From Phoronis australis (lineage: Eukaryota; Animalia; Phoronida), in contig NMRA01000831.1 of NCBI GenBank assembly GCA_002633005.1, forward strand, positions 51,662 to 115,661: a stretch of DNA of 64,000 bases, in the 5' to 3' direction. Within the stretch, counting starts at the first letter, position 1. Each line of letters opens with the position of its first letter. Under the pieces are notes generated by a model. That model searched no databases. It saw only the letters and a list, made by a program, of their open reading frames with translations, and had not been told where the DNA came from. Made by a program: the position numbers and the translations under genes. Shown one piece after another: positions 59,729-64,000 of the stretch.

Positions 59729-62700
59729 AACTAGAAAGATTATTGTCACGCCGTGACAATAACGGACTCTGCGCGTGCGTATTACTGGAATAATTATGGA
59801 AAGTTACTGACAGCAACCCATTTACCAATATGAAAAGGAATTCTTTATAATTGTAGGACAAATTACACATTAATTTTTTGATGACCTTTCTGCTAATTGA
59901 CCTCTTCCGGTGCATTATGAGCCCCGATGAGGGAGTAATTGTTAACTCAATTAAAAGGGTGGTTAATGTTAAAAATCACAGATGTTGTTCTTTAAGCACT
60001 TCTGAATACGAGATGAATGAATATTGGTCAAACTTTCAGAAGAAAAATGCACCTAATGACCCCATGGGTGCACCAAATGACCTGAAAATTTAGAATTCAA
60101 ACTCAATCGCACTTAGTAAACAGATGTGTAATTTTGAAGTCTCTAGCTCAAAATTTTAGTTTGCACTCAATAACCTTTGGCCTATTTTTTCTAATTGGTT
60201 ATGCCTATTGCGAAGTAAAGTAGGGTATTCAATTGGCATGTTGACTTACCCAAGTGTGCTGAAATTGAAAAGAATTCCTTGCAAAACGTAAGAGATATAA
60301 CATTTTGAACGTTACATGACCTTTGCACTAATTGACCCTATCCGGTGCATTATAAGCATCTTTAGGAGAATTAATGCAAATCCCATGAAAAATGTGTTTA
60401 ATGCTGAGAATCACAGTTGTCTGACGGTTGACACATCAGAATACTTGCTGATTGAAAAGGTCAAATTTTGGAAGAAAAATGCACCTAATGACCCCATGTT
60501 GCACTAAATGACCTGAACCTTTTCATTCCGAATTGAATTTCTTTTGCCAATCAGACCTGTTAATTTGAAGTGTCTAGCTCAAAATTTTAGTTTGCACCTA
60601 ATGACCTTTGACCTATTTCACCTGATTGGATGACCCGATTACTTAGAAAAGTAATTTTTCAAATTGACTTATTGACTTATACCTGTGTACCGATTCTGAA
60701 AAGAATAGCTTTTGAAATAAAGAAGAAGTAGCATTTTGAAAATTACATGACCTTTGCACCAAATGACCTCTTCCGGTGCATTATTGAATATGAATCTATA
60801 ACGAATCAAAATTCATATACTGCCTAAAATCATATGTTAAATTTGAAGAACATACCTGCAACCATTTTGGAGTTATTAAGTGTCAAAGTTGGTCGGAAGA
60901 AGAATAAGAATAAGAACTTGAAGGATTATTGTCATGGCGTGACAATAATGGACTCTGCGCGTGCGTATTACTGAAATTGTTATGGGAAGTTACTGACACC
61001 AACCCCTTTACCAATATGAAAATTAATTTGTTAAAATTGTAGGAGAAATTACATGTTAATATTTTGATGATCTTTCCACTAATTGACCTCTTCCAGTGCA
61101 TTATGAGCCAAGATGAGAGAATAATTGTAAACTCGATTAAAAGTGTGGTTAATGCTAAAAATCACAGATGTTTTACTTTAAGCACTTCAGAATACAAGAT
61201 GAATGAATTGGTCAAACTTTTAGAAGAAAAATGCACATAATGACCCCCATGGGTGCACCAAATGACCTGAAAATTTAGAATTCAAACTCAATCGCACTTA
61301 GTAAAAAGATATGTAATTTTGAAGTCTCTAGCTCAAAATTTTACTTTGCACTCAATTACCTTTGACCTATTTTTTCTGATTAGTTAGGCCTATTGCGAAG
61401 TAAAGTAGGGTATTCAATTGGCATGTTGACTTACACCAGTGTGCTGAAATTGAAAAGAATTCCTTGAAAAACAAGAGATATAACATTTTGAACGTTACAT
61501 GACCTTTGCACTAATTGACCCTATCCGGTGCATTATAAGCGTCTTAAGGAGAATTATTGCAAAGCCCATGGAAAATGTGGTTAACGCTGAGAATCACAGT
61601 TGTCTAACGGTTGACACATCAGAATACTCGCTGATTGAAAAGGTCAAATTTTCAGAAAAAAATGCACCTAATGACCCCATGTTTGCACTAAATGACCTGA
61701 AACTTTAGATTCCGATTTGATTTACCTGTGGCAATCAGACCTGTCAATTTGAAGTGTCTAGCTCAAAATTTTAGTTTGCACCTAATGACCTTTGACCTAT
61801 TTCACCTGATTGGATGACCCGATTACTTAGAAAAGTAATTTTTTAAATTGTCATGTTGACTTATACCTGTGCACCGAATTTGAAAAAGATAGCTTTAAAA
61901 CTGAAGGAGGAGTAGCATTTTGAAAATTATATGACCTTTGCACCAAACGACCTCTTCCGGTGCAATATGGAATATGATTATATAACCAATCAAAATTTAT
62001 ATACTGTCAAAAGTCATATGCTGAATTTAAAGACCGTACCTGCACCCAATTTGGAGTTATTAAGCCTCAAAGTTGGTCGGAAGATGAACAAGAAAAACTA
62101 GAAAGATAATTGTGACGGCGTGACAATAATGGACTCTGCGCGTGCATATTACTGGAATTATTATGGGAAGTTACTGACAGCAATCCGTTTACCAATATGA
62201 AAAGGAATTCTTTAAAATTGTAGGAGAAATTACATATTAATTTTTTGATGACCTTTCCAATAATTGACCTCTTCCGGTGCATTATGAGCCCCGATGAGGG
62301 AGTAATTGCTAACTCGATTAAAAGTGTGGTTAATGCTAAAAATCACAGATGTTTTACTTTAAGCACTTCAGAATACAAGATGAATGAGTTTGTCAAACTT
62401 TCAGAAGAAAAATGCTCCTAATGACACATGGGTGCACCAAATGACCTGAAAATTTAGAATTCAAACTCAATCGCACTTAGTAAACAGATATGTAATTTTG
62501 AAGTCTCTAGCTCGAAATTGAATTATACGTACCAATCAGACTTGTGAATTTGAAGTGTCTAGCTCAAAATTTTAGTTTGCACTCAATGACCTTTGACCTA
62601 TTTTTTCTGATTGGTTAGGCCTATTGCAAAGTAAAGTAGGGTATTCAATTGGCATGTTGACTTACACCAGTGTGCTGAAATTGAAAAGAATTCCTTGAAA

Positions 62701-63460
62701 AACGCAAGAGATATAACATTTTGAACGTTACATGACCTTTGCACTAATTGACCCTATCCGGTGCATTATAAGCGTCTTAAGGAGAATTATTGCAAAGCCC
62801 ATAAAAATGTGTTTAATGCTGAGAATCACAGTTGTCTAACGGTTGACACATCAGAATATTTGCTGATTGAAAAGATCAAATTTTCAGAAGAAAAATGCAC
62901 CTAATGACCCCATGTTTGCACTAAATGACCTGAAACTTTGGATTCCAAATTGAATTACCTGTGCCAATCAGACCTGCCAATTTGAAATGTCTAGCTCAAA
63001 ATTTTAGTTTGTACCTAATGACCTTTGACCTGTTTCACCTGATTGGGTTACCCGATTACTTAGAAAAGTAATTTTTTAAATTGCCTTAATGACTTATACC
63101 TGTGCACCGAATTTGAAAAGAATAGCTTTAAAAATGAAGAAGGAGTGGCATTTTGAAAATTAAGTGACCTTTGCACCAAATGACCTCTTCCGGTGCAATA
63201 TGGATTATGATAATATAATGAATCAAAATTGATGTACTGCCAAAAATAACATGCAGAATTTAAAGAACATACATGCACCCATTTTGGAGTTATTAAGCCT
63301 CAAAGTTGGTCGGAAGAAGAATAAGAATAAGAATAAAAATAAGAATAAAATTGAAGAAAACCCAGGAACAACAGTACACTGCGCTTACACGCGCAGAGTA
63401 ATAAAATTGAAGAAAACCCAGGAACAACAGTACTCTGCGCTTACCCGCGCAGAGTAATAA
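59729..63460 (+). mobile_element. Head-to-tail trimer of a second Helitron/Helentron-like non-autonomous element (family B)
   Basis: Units start at ~59729, 60915 and 62096 with AACTAGAAAG, hairpin TTATTGTCACG-C-CGTGACAATAA and subTIR ACTCTGCGCG. (AAGAAT)n microsatellite. 3' hairpin ACTCTGCGC...GCGCAGAGT-AATAA, duplicated with a 56-bp period. Confidence 0.85.
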
Positions 63461-64000
63461 TTTTAAAAAAGCTGCCGATGGATGTACAAATAGAGAAGAC
63501 AGAGCTAAGTCGTTCTGTCACATCCATTCAACAAGTTCAATTTAATGGGGCTATTCGGAAAATCTACAATAACTAGAGGGCGTGCGTGTACTAGTGGTGA
63601 TAGATTAACAGCCTCGATTTCGCGAGCCCTTTAAATACATGGTGAAATGGCTTGCAGCCGTGCCAACTAAATCTGAGATTACGTAAAAAGGGTGCTTCTA
63701 TGAGAGGAAGTAAGCACGACCTCATACAAAGGTAAGGTTTGTGATTATTTTTATGATTATTCCATGATTATTCTACCGATGCCTGTTAACTGAGGCACTC
63801 GCCAATGTCGACTTCGCGGCAGTCAGTGGCCAGCCAGAGTCTGGTTAATCTTTGAATGTTGTGATATGTGATACGATACTTGACGTAGCAATCGGGATCT
63901 TTCGTACATCAAAGCATTATTATTGTTTGGAATGATTTCTAAAAGTTTATCAGTGATAGTTACATCAATCAATGCTGAATGTTTATGCTGTCAACTCGAT

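Noticed and set aside
59550-63457. Several recurring short ORFs (MTFALIDPIRC..., MHRKRSI...)
   Set aside because: They recur only because the non-coding Helitron-like unit is repeated; stops and frames are not conserved.

Overview
AT-rich, repeat-dominated intergenic and intronic DNA from an animal genome. It is probably an invertebrate bilaterian (inferred from spliceosomal introns, death-effector-domain exons and the transposon mix). There are two assembly gaps (28318-29178, 31390-31416). The only recognisable host coding sequence is a divergent pair of DED genes: a minus-strand caspase-8/10/cFLIP-like gene with two spliced DED exons (35075-34786, 30858-30617; no catalytic domain found) and a plus-strand single-DED, FADD-like exon (58995-59277). 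Everything else is nested mobile DNA: three Kolobok families (TTAA TSDs, THAP and P2X7-C-terminal-like KolX remnants), two families of Helitron/Helentron-like non-autonomous elements (one with CTCF-consensus motifs every ~150 bp), a 7-kb Merlin-like element with inverted internal satellite arms, five CAG/CAT...CTG/ATG elements with 5-bp TSDs, Harbinger and Tc1/mariner MITEs, a mariner transposase fragment, Gypsy and BEL/Pao relics, an L2/CR1 3' end, and a ~2.1-kb duplicated Gypsy/BEL chimera. All calls come from reading the sequence by eye; no database searches were run.
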